DNA of 64,000 nucleotides from Terriglobia bacterium (GTDB lineage Bacteria; Acidobacteriota; Terriglobia; 20CM-2-55-15): the NCBI GenBank assembly GCA_965218585.1, contig CBDCLE010000012.1:128001-192000 (forward strand), in the 5' to 3' direction. Shown piece after piece: positions 18,639 to 28,532 of the stretch (positions are counted from its first letter, which is position 1; each line of letters begins with the position of its first letter). Position numbers and translations under genes: made by a program. Below the pieces are notes generated by a model that was not told where the DNA came from, made no database searches, and saw only the letters and a program-made list of their open reading frames with translations.

Positions 18639-19280
18639 CTAAATCAAATAGAAGAGGCTGAGGCGTGGGACGCCATAGCGTTCCATCAGCTTGCGCTTCC
18701 ACAGTTGCTGCTCGAGCATCGACAATTGTTCTACCGTCATCTTCGAACGGAACGGGGACAAGCTGCTCTCGACTTCACGCTGAACCTCGATGAGTGCGTC
18801 TTCTTCAGCCGCGATTTTCATGATGGCGATCAGCTTCTCTTCCAGGGCGTGCAGAGCTGTTTCCCCGGAACGGAGGTCCGAAGTGTCCTGACCCCGGATG
18901 GTGTCGCCAATGCTGTTCAAGCGACTCTGGAACTCGGGAAAAGTTCCTCCGATGGCGCAGACTTCTTCCGCCAGTCGGTCGAGGTACGTCTTCACTTCTT
19001 CAGCTGAAAATTCCGGTGGTGCCGGCTCCTCTGTCCTCAGATCTTTTTGTTCTTCGGCTACTGCTGCGACTGCGTTGGCGCAATAGGCAAGCGAACTGAT
19101 CTTACGTTTTGTTTTCGAGAAGGCGCGATCCATCCCTTTCAGTACGATTTCGAGAGGGATACCCTGATCCTTCCACGTTTCGATCAACACCCAGTCCAAC
19201 GTGGAGAGGAGCGTAAAGCTCTCTCTCTTTGTCTGGTAGTAGCGTTCGATTTCCGTGAAGTAGTTGAAGTAGTTGTCCAT
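18639..19280 (-). CDS. Conserved hypothetical protein
   Basis: 213-aa ORF co-oriented between mnmA and rlmD. NYFNYFTEIE...LDWVLIETWK is recalled as typical of Acidobacteriota. Confidence 0.8.
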   Translation of the reverse strand: MDNYFNYFTEIERYYQTKRESFTLLSTLDWVLIETWKDQGIPLEIVLKGMDRAFSKTKRKISSLAYCANAVAAVAEEQKDLRTEEPAPPEFSAEEVKTYLDRLAEEVCAIGGTFPEFQSRLNSIGDTIRGQDTSDLRSGETALHALEEKLIAIMKIAAEEDALIEVQREVESSLSPFRSKMTVEQLSMLEQQLWKRKLMERYGVPRLSLFYLI

Positions 19281-19322
19281 ACGCAGATCAATCCGTGCAA
19301 TCCGCGTAACTAGTCCGCGTCA
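19281..19322. repeat. CRCGGAT-unit mini palindromic element at the mnmA stop
   Basis: Minus strand reads GACGCGGACTAG-TTACGCGGATT-GCACGGATT-GATCTGCGT. Confidence 0.5.
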
Positions 19323-20407
19323 ACGATCCAGGCACCGCCCACCACGACGTCGTCCCAGTAGAAGACGGCGGCTTGGCCCGGTGTGATAGCGCGTTGAGGC
19401 GTATCGAAGTGAACGACGACTTCGCCATCTTTCCTCGAGACGGTTCCCGGCTGGGGCTCAAAGCGGTTGCGAATCTGGATCTGGCAGTGGATGGGGTCCC
19501 TCACTTCTTCAATCGCAATCCAGTTGGCGTCGCGCACTCGGAAGGCCTGTCGGGAGGTGTCGCCGTCGTCGCCGATGACGACGCGATTCTGCTTCGGCTC
19601 GATCTGAACAACGTATTGCGGTTTTCCGGCTGCGACCAATCCCTTGCGCTGTCCCACGGTGTATCTGTGGAGGCCGGCATGAGTGCCAACGACTTCTCCA
19701 TCGAGGTTGACGATATCGCCCTTGGCCGGTGCCTTTTTCCTGGAGTACTTCTCCACAAAGTCAGCGTAGGAGCCTTCCTGGACAAAACAGATTTCCTGCG
19801 ACTCAGGTTTGTTGTAAGTCGGCAGGCCCGCCTTCTGAGCGATCTTGCGAACCTCGGACTTCGTCAGCTCACCAAGCGGAAACACAGTCTTGGAAAGTTG
19901 TTTCTGTGTCAGTCCAAAGAGGAAGTACGACTGGTCCTTGTCGCGGTCACGGCCGCGCAGCAATGTCCAGCGATTGAGGTGCGTATCGAATCGGACCCGT
20001 GCATAGTGCCCAGTCGCCACCCGTTCGGCTCCAATATTTTCAGCCTTATCAACGAGGTGGCTGAACTTTACGAAGTTGTTGCAGAGAATGCAGGGACTCG
20101 GTGTTTCAGCCTTGAGGTAGCTGGCGACGAAGGGCGCGACGACCCTCTCTTCGAACTCGTCTTCGAGGTTCAGGACGTAAAATGGGAATCCGATGTGTCC
20201 GGCCACGCGTCGGGCATCCCATATGTCGTCTATCGAGCAGCACCGGCCAACGCGTCGTGTTTCTGCCTCGGCATCTTCGTCTTCACCAAGCGCACGTCGC
20301 TGGTTCCACAACTGCATTGAGAGCCCGACAATTTCTTGTCCGGCATCCTTCAGAAGGACAGCGGCAGCAGAGGAATCCACTCCACCACTCATTGCGACGG
20401 CTATCAT
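19310..20407 (-). CDS. mnmA: tRNA 2-thiouridylase
   Basis: [36 protein letters not shown] and TPGQAAVFY motifs. Confidence 0.97.
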   Translation of the reverse strand: MIAVAMSGGVDSSAAAVLLKDAGQEIVGLSMQLWNQRRALGEDEDAEAETRRVGRCCSIDDIWDARRVAGHIGFPFYVLNLEDEFEERVVAPFVASYLKAETPSPCILCNNFVKFSHLVDKAENIGAERVATGHYARVRFDTHLNRWTLLRGRDRDKDQSYFLFGLTQKQLSKTVFPLGELTKSEVRKIAQKAGLPTYNKPESQEICFVQEGSYADFVEKYSRKKAPAKGDIVNLDGEVVGTHAGLHRYTVGQRKGLVAAGKPQYVVQIEPKQNRVVIGDDGDTSRQAFRVRDANWIAIEEVRDPIHCQIQIRNRFEPQPGTVSRKDGEVVVHFDTPQRAITPGQAAVFYWDDVVVGGAWIVDAD

Positions 20408-20418
20408 GTCTGTCCCCT

Positions 20419-20775
20419 CTAAAAGTCCTTGAGAGCGGCGCGGATGGCGTCTGAAGCAAGGACGCTGCAGTGGATCTTCGATGCCGGGAGTCCACCCAGT
20501 GCATCCGCGATCTGCTCACGCGTGATCGTCCGGGCCGCAGTCAAATCCATCCCGATCAGCATCTCTGTCGCGAAAGAACTCGTGGCGATGGCCGCCGGGC
20601 AACCCTGGGCCTTGAAGCTGGCGTCTTCGATCAACTTGCCGTTGAGCTTGATCCAGAGCTTCAGGACGTCGCCGCAAACCGGGTTGCTGACCTCGGCCGT
20701 CGTGTCCGCGTCAGCCAGTTCCCCGATACATCTCGGGTTTTCAAAGTAGTCGAGCAGCTTCTCCGAATACGCCAT
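20419..20775 (-). CDS. iscU: Fe-S cluster scaffold protein
   Basis: NPVCGD, GCPAAIA and KIHCS cysteine motifs. Confidence 0.92.
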   Translation of the reverse strand: MAYSEKLLDYFENPRCIGELADADTTAEVSNPVCGDVLKLWIKLNGKLIEDASFKAQGCPAAIATSSFATEMLIGMDLTAARTITREQIADALGGLPASKIHCSVLASDAIRAALKDF

Positions 20776-20777
20776 AT

Positions 20778-21974
20778 CTATCTTTGCGCCTTCGCACCTT
20801 TGCGTTGAGAAGTCTTCTCCTTCTTATAGTACGGCGACAACTCCCTCAGTCTTTCCACGATCGGGGGCAACACTTCCACGAAGCGATCGATTTCGTTGTC
20901 TGTCGTGAGCGAACTCAAGCTGATGCGGAGGCTCCCGAATCCTTCATCCGGAGTCTTTCCGATGGCCGTCAAAACGTGCGAGGGTTCCATCGAACCGGAG
21001 GAACAGGCCGATCCGGTCGAAACGGCGATCCCTTTGAGGTCCAGAGAGATCACCAGACCTTCGCCCTCGGCGTAATCCACCATGATGTTGGACGTGTTGG
21101 GAAGGCGTGGAACGAGTTCTCCATTGATCTGGATGTCCGGAATCGCCTTCTTCAGACGTTCTTCCATACTGTCGCGCAACTCACCGATGTGGACCATCGT
21201 CGCAGCCAGATCCTGCCGGGCAAGTTCCCCAGCTGTCCCAAACCCGACGATCCCGGCTACGTTTTCGGTTCCTGCGCGCCGATTTCGTTCGTGTCCCCCA
21301 CCCGTCATCATGGGCCTGACAGGTGTTCCTTTCTTTATGAAGAGTGCGCCGACGCCCTTGGGTCCGTGGATCTTGTGGGAAGACATCGAATAGAGATGAA
21401 CCCCAAGTGCCGCCATGTCGACCGGTATCTTTCCCGTTGCCTGGACACCGTCCGAGTGGAAACAGATGCCAGCCTCTTCGGCGATCTGACCGATCTGTTC
21501 AATCGGCTGGATCGTTCCGATTTCGTTGTTGGCATGCATGACCGAGATCAGGATCGTGTCGGCGCGGATGGCCTCCCGGACCTGCTCGGCGTCAAGGATC
21601 CCGTCCGAGCCAACGGGCAGCCAAGTGACCTCAAAGCCCTTCTTTTCAAGGCCCTTTAACGTATTGAAGACGGCGTGATGCTCAATCTGCGAGGTGATAA
21701 TATGGCGCCCCTTGGAACTCTGAGATTCGACGATTCCCCGAATCGCCAGGTTGTCCGCCTCGGTTCCTCCACTCACGAACACGATTTCAGTGGTCTGGGC
21801 CCCGATCAGACGCGCGACCTGTTGTCGGGCATCGTCGATGGCGGCCTTAGCCTGCTGCCCGAACCAGTGAATAGAGGATGCGTTCCCGTACGCTTGGGTG
21901 AAGAAGGGAACCATGGCCTCGACCACCTCTGGCCGCATGGCCGTGGTTGCGTTATTGTCGAGATAGATGTGCAT
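20778..21974 (-). CDS. iscS: Cysteine desulfurase
   Basis: YLDNNATT, HANNEIG, SHKIHGPKG and STGSACSSG motifs. Confidence 0.95.
   Translation of the reverse strand: MHIYLDNNATTAMRPEVVEAMVPFFTQAYGNASSIHWFGQQAKAAIDDARQQVARLIGAQTTEIVFVSGGTEADNLAIRGIVESQSSKGRHIITSQIEHHAVFNTLKGLEKKGFEVTWLPVGSDGILDAEQVREAIRADTILISVMHANNEIGTIQPIEQIGQIAEEAGICFHSDGVQATGKIPVDMAALGVHLYSMSSHKIHGPKGVGALFIKKGTPVRPMMTGGGHERNRRAGTENVAGIVGFGTAGELARQDLAATMVHIGELRDSMEERLKKAIPDIQINGELVPRLPNTSNIMVDYAEGEGLVISLDLKGIAVSTGSACSSGSMEPSHVLTAIGKTPDEGFGSLRISLSSLTTDNEIDRFVEVLPPIVERLRELSPYYKKEKTSQRKGAKAQR
20782..20808. repeat. Single CGCAAAG-unit arm inside the iscS 3' end
   Basis: Minus strand TCAACGCAAAGGTGCGAAGGCGCAAAG encodes the terminal SQRKGAKAQR. 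Confidence 0.75.
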
Positions 21975-22032
21975 AATTGTTCGGATCTCGCGGGTCACTT
22001 CCGAAGATTAATTCGTTTAATCCACCCGGTTT

Positions 22033-22050
22033 AATCCGTGTCATCTGTGT
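22033..22050. repeat. CACAGAT/CACGGAT-unit arm
   Basis: AATCCGTGTCATCTGTGT (reverse complement ACACAGATGACACGGATT), upstream of iscS. Confidence 0.5.
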
Positions 22051-22062
22051 ATCGAGTCTAGC

Positions 22063-22812
22063 ATGATCATCACTCTGACAACCGACTTCGGACTGCGTGA
22101 TCCATATGTAGGAATCATGAAAGGAGTCATCCTGGGACTCGCTCCCCAGGTTCGCCTGATTGATATTACACATGATGTTGAATCGCATGACGTTGCTGAG
22201 GGTGCCTTCGCACTGCTTCGGCTGTTCGATACTTTCCTCCCGGAACCGTGCACCTGGGAGTTGTGGATCCTGGAGTCGGCTCAGAAAGGCGGCCGATAGC
22301 CGCTTCCGATGGTCGGCATCTCTTTGTCGGTCCCGACAACGGGCTTTTTTCTCTGTGCCTGGATGAGCAGGCCACGATGCATCACATCACGAATGACGAA
22401 CACTTCCTGAAGCCAGTAAGTGACACCTTTCATGGCCGTGATATATTCGCCCCGGTCGCAGCCCGACTGGCCGCAGGGATGGCTCTGGAGGCGGTGGGGC
22501 CGCCGATTCTCGATTTCTTGAAACTGACCTCGAGCAAGAGTCCCACCGTTCTCCATGTTGATCGGTTTGGAAACATTGTGACGAGCCTCCGGCCCCAGGA
22601 GTCTGACCACTGACTCAGTGCTCCGCATTTCAGGTACCCCCGTGAGCTCGTTCTATAGAACGTACGCGGAAGGACTGGCTGGCGAGCTTTTCATGGTTGT
22701 GGGCAGTTCGGGTTACGTCGAGGTGGCGATGAACCGGAATTCCGCGGCGGAACGTCTCGAAGTCACTCGAGGTTCCGATTTCGAAGTAGAAACTGGCCCA
22801 AGAAAGCAATAA
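22063..22812 (+). pseudogene. SAM hydrolase/halogenase (DUF62) family, two frameshifts
   Basis: TLTTDFG..D.YVG.MKG, VVDPGVGS.R, TFHGRDIFAP, VDRFGN and GSSGYVEVA spread over three ORF pieces. Confidence 0.85.
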
Positions 22813-22911
22813 AATGAATACCTTTGCCGACAGGGCGTGTCCGAATACGGATTTATGGGAACGGTGCGAGACGCGCGCACCCTGTGTTAGAGGATCGAAG
22901 GAGGAAGCATA

Positions 22912-24030
22912 ATGCCGGCGGGACTTCAGGACGTTGTCGCGGGTCAGTCTGGAATCTGTTACATCGATGGGGACAAGGGGCTCTTGTCGTACCGTGGCTA
23001 CAATATCCACGAACTGGCGCCCAATTCGACCTTTGAAGAAACCTCCCATCTTCTCTGGTTCGGTACCCTGCCGACGAGTTCCGAGTTAGACACAACGTCT
23101 TCTGAGATGGCCAGTTACCGGCCCATCCCTGAAGACGTCATTGCGATGATGCGGCACTTCTCGAAATCTGCGACGCCTATGGAGGCCCTACGGACTGGCG
23201 TATCTGCCCTGTCAATGTTTGACTCGGAGGCCGAAGACGGTTCCCCGGAAGCCAACAAGCGAAAAGCGCTCCGGCTGACGGCACAGACCGCGACGGTCGT
23301 AGCGGCTGTAGCCCGGTTGCGGGATGGGAACGACCCGGTAGCTCCCCGGTCCGATTTGAGCCATGCGGGCAACTTCTATTACATGCTGACGGGCGAAGCC
23401 CCGAACGACACCATCGAGCGCGCTCTGGACATCGCGTTGATTCTGCACGCGGACCACGAATACAACGCGTCGACTTTTGCCGGACGGGTTACCGCGGGTA
23501 CGTTGTCCGACATGTATTCGGCCGTGACGTCAGGCATCGGAGCCCTCAAAGGGCCGCTTCACGGCGGAGCGAATGCCAACGTGATGAGGCTGCTTCTGGA
23601 AATCGGGGACGACTCCAAGGTCGAGAGCAAGGTGCATGAAATGTTGGCCGCCAAGACGAAGATTCCCGGCTTCGGTCACCGTGTTTATCGCACCGAGGAC
23701 CCGCGCGCGACGCACCTGCGCCGAATGTCGAAGGAATCGGGCGAGCGGGCCGGAAACACCAAGTGGTTCGACATGTCGACGCATATCGAGCAGATCGTGA
23801 ACAACGAAAAGAAGCTCAATGCAAACGTAGATTTCTATTCTGCGAGCACGTATTACGTGATCGGACTTCCGATCGATCTGTTCACACCGTTCTTTGCCGT
23901 CAGCCGGATGTCTGGTTGGACGGCACATATCCTGGAGCAGTACGCCGATAATCGTCTGATTCGACCCAGAGCCGAATATGTCGGCCCTGAACCCACCTTG
24001 AAGTGGGTGCCGGCCGACCAGCGAGGTTAA
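22912..24030 (+). CDS. gltA: Citrate synthase (type I-like)
   Basis: HADHEYNAST, GPLHGGAN, GFGHRVY and NVDFYS motifs. Confidence 0.93.
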   Translation: MPAGLQDVVAGQSGICYIDGDKGLLSYRGYNIHELAPNSTFEETSHLLWFGTLPTSSELDTTSSEMASYRPIPEDVIAMMRHFSKSATPMEALRTGVSALSMFDSEAEDGSPEANKRKALRLTAQTATVVAAVARLRDGNDPVAPRSDLSHAGNFYYMLTGEAPNDTIERALDIALILHADHEYNASTFAGRVTAGTLSDMYSAVTSGIGALKGPLHGGANANVMRLLLEIGDDSKVESKVHEMLAAKTKIPGFGHRVYRTEDPRATHLRRMSKESGERAGNTKWFDMSTHIEQIVNNEKKLNANVDFYSASTYYVIGLPIDLFTPFFAVSRMSGWTAHILEQYADNRLIRPRAEYVGPEPTLKWVPADQRG

Positions 24031-25266
24031 GTGCCCTCACCGCCACGCAGTCGATGGGAAATTGAACTCAACACGTGGCCGCGCAAGATCATTGCGATCA
24101 CGTTGACGCTGGGAATCTGCGGCTTCATGTTCTATCAGACCTGGTGGCTGTTTCTCGCCGCCTGGATCACCCGCGAAGGCATTCCCGACCCCCAGATCTA
24201 CGAGCGTGCGATAGCCTACGACCCGGATAACGCCGACTACCGATTCACTCTTGCCCAGCTCTACAACTACTCGACTGAACATCTGGATTTGGAAAAGGCG
24301 CGGGAACAGTATCTGGCGGCCGTCCGTTTGAATCCCTACCGTGCTTCACATTGGCTGGAGCTTTCGAAGTTCTACGAACAAGATGGCAACGCCGAGGGTG
24401 CACGCGATGCGATGGCAAAGGGCCTGGAAATGGACCCTAATTACGCGCAGACACACTGGTCGGCAGCGAACCTTTTTATCAGGTTAGGGGATTTGACCGC
24501 AGCCGACTTTGAACTGCGACGGACAGCCGATCTGGATGTGAGCTACTTGACGCAGGTTCTGGATCTGGTCTGGCGCTTCTACGAAGATCCCGAACTGATC
24601 GTCGCCACGCATGTCCCCAATACGAAGGACGCCAATCTTTCGGCCATGAGTTATTTCATTGGACAGAACAGCGAATTGGGAGCCCGTTTGTCCTGGGAAC
24701 GCTTGCAGACCTTCAACACCAATCCGCAGGAACGTTTCGGATACGTGAACTATCTGGTAAACAGGGGACAGCCTCATGATGCCCATAAGGTTTTTTCGAG
24801 TAGCAACGAGCTCGCTACGGTATTCAACGGTGGTTTCGAAACACAGCCGATGAACGGTGGATTCGACTGGCGCTCTTCCTCATGGGAGCATGCCGAAGCC
24901 CGCAGGGACACGACCCAGTCGCAGGAAGGTTTCGCCAGTTTCCTGATCGAGTTCTCGGGAGAGGAAAACGTCAACTACTCCCACCTCTGGCAATGGTTGC
25001 CTGTGGAGCAAGGTAATGATTACGAACTCACGTTCTGGATGAGGACCGAAGCTATTTCTACCGATGAGGGTGTCTTCTTGGAAGTCGACGGGCAGAGGAC
25101 GGATGCACCTCTCGGGACGACCTACTGGCAGGAGTTCACAGTCCCTTTCACTGCCTCCTCGGATCTGGTCACAGTTCGTGTACGACGGATTCCGAGCGGG
25201 AAGTTCGACAACCTGTTGGGTGGAAAAGTCTGGTTGGATGAGTTTCAGTTAGCGGTGGCGGAATAG
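24031..25266 (+). CDS. Membrane-anchored TPR protein with a C-terminal carbohydrate-binding-like domain
   Basis: N-terminal transmembrane helix, TPR helices (YDPDNADY, LNPY, MDPNY), then an NGGFE...W beta-rich domain. Confidence 0.75.
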   Translation: MPSPPRSRWEIELNTWPRKIIAITLTLGICGFMFYQTWWLFLAAWITREGIPDPQIYERAIAYDPDNADYRFTLAQLYNYSTEHLDLEKAREQYLAAVRLNPYRASHWLELSKFYEQDGNAEGARDAMAKGLEMDPNYAQTHWSAANLFIRLGDLTAADFELRRTADLDVSYLTQVLDLVWRFYEDPELIVATHVPNTKDANLSAMSYFIGQNSELGARLSWERLQTFNTNPQERFGYVNYLVNRGQPHDAHKVFSSSNELATVFNGGFETQPMNGGFDWRSSSWEHAEARRDTTQSQEGFASFLIEFSGEENVNYSHLWQWLPVEQGNDYELTFWMRTEAISTDEGVFLEVDGQRTDAPLGTTYWQEFTVPFTASSDLVTVRVRRIPSGKFDNLLGGKVWLDEFQLAVAE

Positions 25267-25272
25267 TTCTTA

Positions 25273-25764
25273 ATGCAGCATTGGTACGCCCTCTACACTC
25301 GCCCGCGACACGAGAAGCAGGTCCTGCAGGAGCTGACAAACTATCGGATTGAAGCCTATCTTCCCACCCATAAGATCCGGAGGCGCTGGAGTGACCGGTA
25401 CAAGATCGTCGAAGAGCCGCTCTTCAAGAATTATCTCTTCGTCCGGATCGACTCCGAGCACTATCGGAAGGCCCTGAAACCGTACGGGGCAGTTTCATTT
25501 GTAACTGTTGAAGGGGCGCCTGCAATCATTCCCGACGAGCAAGTCGAGGCCGTGAAGATCCTGGTGACGTCCGAGATCCCGCACAACCCGTACCCCTATC
25601 TGAAAGCCGGGAGAAAGATACGAGTCAGATACGGTCCTCTGGAAGGTTGTGAGGGCGCGTTGGTCAGGAAGAGAGGCATTGATCGCTTAGTCGTAACAGT
25701 GGATCTACTACTCCAGCGATCCATAGAAGCTGAGCTGGATGCGGCATGGATTGAACCCAGGTGA
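25273..25764 (+). CDS. UpxY/NusG-family transcription antiterminator
   Basis: WYALYTRPRHEK, RWSDR, PLFKNYLFV and a KOW motif (GPLEGCEG). Confidence 0.9.
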   Translation: MQHWYALYTRPRHEKQVLQELTNYRIEAYLPTHKIRRRWSDRYKIVEEPLFKNYLFVRIDSEHYRKALKPYGAVSFVTVEGAPAIIPDEQVEAVKILVTSEIPHNPYPYLKAGRKIRVRYGPLEGCEGALVRKRGIDRLVVTVDLLLQRSIEAELDAAWIEPR

Positions 25765-25881
25765 CTCTGCCAGCCATCTGAGGATAGTGCCAGCAACACG
25801 ATTCTAGTCAAATGTGGTTCCGGTAACCGTTTCTTGAAGCTAGAACACGCTCTGAAGGTGAGTCAAGGTTGGGTAATAGCG

Positions 25882-26787
25882 TCAGAAGTTCTTGTTTCTT
25901 GCGACGATGTGGAGTGTGTACTTGCCGCTAGGATAGAGATCCGACTGGAGAACCTCGAAGCCATGTCTGTCGAACAATGCGAAAAAATTGTTGAAGAAAT
26001 ATCCATCACCGCTCAGTACAGGTTTATCAGGATCTACATCTTCGGGCTTAACTATCTTCAATAGATTAAGTGAGTCGACCGGCTGTTCCCAGGCTTCTGC
26101 GAAATAGACGTATTTGGCAGTAGTTGAGAGCAACGCGACGTACGCATCCAGCTCTCTGGGATGAAATCCTGTTGCTGTGCTCTTGAAGAAAAACAGATCT
26201 CCCCGTAGCTCGCCTGTTCTTAAGAGGTCATGTTGATATCCTTGAACGCACTTCCAGTTTGATCTTGCCGAATAGGAAGGCAGCAGCGTGTTTTGAATCT
26301 CTTCCAGGTCTTCCATTACGTCATTTGAGACGAATTGAACGTCGGGGTGATTGCGCGACAGCCATTCGGAAATGTTGTCAAGCCCGCAACCGACATTTAC
26401 GACGGTTCTGATTTCCGACGCATGTTCTTTCAGAAATCGATCCAGGTAGATCGTCGCGGCGAGATAACCGTCTGACCGGCCAAGATCGCCACCGTGAACC
26501 TCTTCGTCTGATAGAATCCGAGCGCGAGGCATATGAGCGGATTCCAGGAATCGTTCGAGACGCGGGGCCGCTAGTTGCTTCAGTTGGGCTTCATCCGGGG
26601 CGCCCGGACTGTTTCTGGACGCCGCCTTCCGTACGTATGCCTCATAAACCCTGAGCGACCTACTTGCAAAAGATATGATCCTGCCAGTGAGCAGTTGAAA
26701 TCGCAGCAGAAATCCTCGCCTTATGTTTAGCTTCAAATAGTCTCGGATCGGGATGTGCAATCGAGTTTTTCGATGCCGTGAAGCCAT
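25882..26787 (-). CDS. Putative SAM-dependent methyltransferase
   Basis: 301-aa ORF with a VVNVGCGLD motif I, in polysaccharide-locus context. Confidence 0.6.
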   Translation of the reverse strand: MASRHRKTRLHIPIRDYLKLNIRRGFLLRFQLLTGRIISFASRSLRVYEAYVRKAASRNSPGAPDEAQLKQLAAPRLERFLESAHMPRARILSDEEVHGGDLGRSDGYLAATIYLDRFLKEHASEIRTVVNVGCGLDNISEWLSRNHPDVQFVSNDVMEDLEEIQNTLLPSYSARSNWKCVQGYQHDLLRTGELRGDLFFFKSTATGFHPRELDAYVALLSTTAKYVYFAEAWEQPVDSLNLLKIVKPEDVDPDKPVLSGDGYFFNNFFALFDRHGFEVLQSDLYPSGKYTLHIVARNKNF

Positions 26788-26856
26788 TGAGTGTGAATCC
26801 TTATGAATATTTGGAAGCTTTCGGTGAGTTGTTTCGTGTACTCGGTTTTCGAAATT

Positions 26857-27837
26857 CTAAATCCATTGAGGGTTGAGGAGGATGTTTTGGATTGGAGCGA
26901 AAGATCTTGGGGGAATTCTCGGAGTTCGCTCCAGGAATCCCTGAATCGTTTCAAACATTCTCTTCGTTGTGCAGGGCAAGGCCTTTGAGCGGAAGCGCGC
27001 AGCCATGTAGCTGTGCAACGCTTGATCAACCAGTTCTCTCGCTGAATCGCGATCGATGCCCAGCGAGGTTAGAACCGCTTCCGATTCTTCAACAAACGTC
27101 TTATGCCCATCTTTCCACCGTGGCATTCTGAGCCAGTCCGCCGCAGTTGGGAGACCGTAGTCCCCAGGTCGAGGGACCTGGCGCGCAATGAAGAAAGTGT
27201 CTAGCTTCTTGCACCTTCCTCGAGCGACTGAGGACCCGTTGACGAGAAGTTCCATGAAGTTTATGTCGGGACACTTTTCAACTGGTAAGAGGTCTTCGAT
27301 GAACTCACTACGTCGGCGCAGTGCCAGGTACGGCAGAAAAAGACCAGGACCAAAGTAGTGGGTGAATCGACCCCCTGGATCGTCACCTTCATTGCTCCCC
27401 ATCCTGTAAAAATCACTTGTTAGGGCAGTTATGCGCTGCGGATGATCGGGCTTGAAGGTCATGCCCCAACCGCACGCGATTCTGTACTCGGGGTGATGGT
27501 CCAAGAAACGGGCACATTCATATAGCCCGTTGGGGATGACGAAATTGTCGTCCTCGACGAAGACTGCCAAATCCTCAGACCCGGCTCTCAGAATATCGAG
27601 AAGCGACTCGTGGAGAGTTCGATGTGGAGTCTGAATATATCGGATCGTGATGTCGGAATCCCATCGCTCAATGACCTTTTGGTTTTGGTCGATCGTTGTC
27701 GCTTCGGTAGAGGCGTCTCCGACCGTAATGGGGCTCGCAAGGTGTTGCCCGGCATAGTAACGGAGCAGGCGATTGAGAAAGAACGGGCGATCAAGTGTGG
27801 GGACGTATATTCCGACTTTCTCTAGCTCAACGTCCAT
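26857..27837 (-). CDS. Glycosyltransferase family 2 (TIGR00180-like)
   Basis: IYVPTLDRPFFLNRLLRYY, VGDAS and FVEDDNF motifs. Confidence 0.8.
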   Translation of the reverse strand: MDVELEKVGIYVPTLDRPFFLNRLLRYYAGQHLASPITVGDASTEATTIDQNQKVIERWDSDITIRYIQTPHRTLHESLLDILRAGSEDLAVFVEDDNFVIPNGLYECARFLDHHPEYRIACGWGMTFKPDHPQRITALTSDFYRMGSNEGDDPGGRFTHYFGPGLFLPYLALRRRSEFIEDLLPVEKCPDINFMELLVNGSSVARGRCKKLDTFFIARQVPRPGDYGLPTAADWLRMPRWKDGHKTFVEESEAVLTSLGIDRDSARELVDQALHSYMAARFRSKALPCTTKRMFETIQGFLERTPRIPPRSFAPIQNILLNPQWI

Positions 27838-28283
27838 TTCTTTTCGTATTCCTTCTTCCAGCCCAGCTCCGGAGAAGGGCCCTCTTGATTCGAATCCCAC
27901 ACCTTGTGTCGAAGTTCCCAGCGATCGTTGGTTCTCGTCCAGAGGTGAGGGGATCTGAACGAATCGGCCAAGGTCTCGAAGTAATCGCGGGTGACCATAG
28001 GTTGTTCGAAGAAGTCAGAGATATGGCCGAAAGTTCGGATCGGTAAGCTGAGATACTCAAATAGTTCGTCGATAAAGCGTTCAGGGAATTCCCCGTCGTA
28101 GCGCCTGACAAGGGCCACTGCTTCTTCGCGCGTAAGATCACCTGAACGAATCTCCTGAGCTGCGTCATATGTTGCTCGCCCGATTCCAAACTTTACGTGT
28201 GTTGTGTAGAAGTTCAAGTCGTCGATCTTGTCGTCGATGCTGGCGTACTTACTAAACGTTCCCGGATTTCTTTCTGGGCAGGG
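27822..28283 (-). pseudogene. N-acetyl sugar amidotransferase (WbpG-like), C-terminal fragment only
   Basis: GTFSKYASIDDKIDD...KFGIGRATYDAAQEIRSG...YDGEFP. No N-terminal half is present. Confidence 0.85.
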
Positions 28284-28462
28284 ACGATGTCACGATCGAG
28301 CCTGTCGGATCAGATCAGTTCCCGCTTCCGGCACCGAGAGGGAGGTCGGAAGCACTCCGAAACCTGAAGCTCGAATCGACAGGTTTCTACAAGATGCGGC
28401 CCTGGCAGGAGGTGGTCGAAGAGTACCTGGTCCAGGAAGTGATGCCTGTCTTGTCTGACTAA
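28277..28462 (+). pseudogene. dTDP-4-dehydrorhamnose reductase-like C-terminal fragment
   Basis: Not in the ORF track. Reads GRDDVTIEPVGSDQFPLPAPRGRSEALRNLKL...MRPWQEVVEEYL, like an RmlD tail. Confidence 0.7.
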
Positions 28463-28532
28463 GAACCGACGAGAAAGTGATCAATGAGCAATTGCAAGTA
28501 GGATCGCTATCAACCATTGATCACCTGCCACT

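Noticed and set aside
22611-22613. UGA in the DUF62 gene as selenocysteine
   Set aside because: Homology resumes in a different frame and there is no redox motif, so it is a frameshift.
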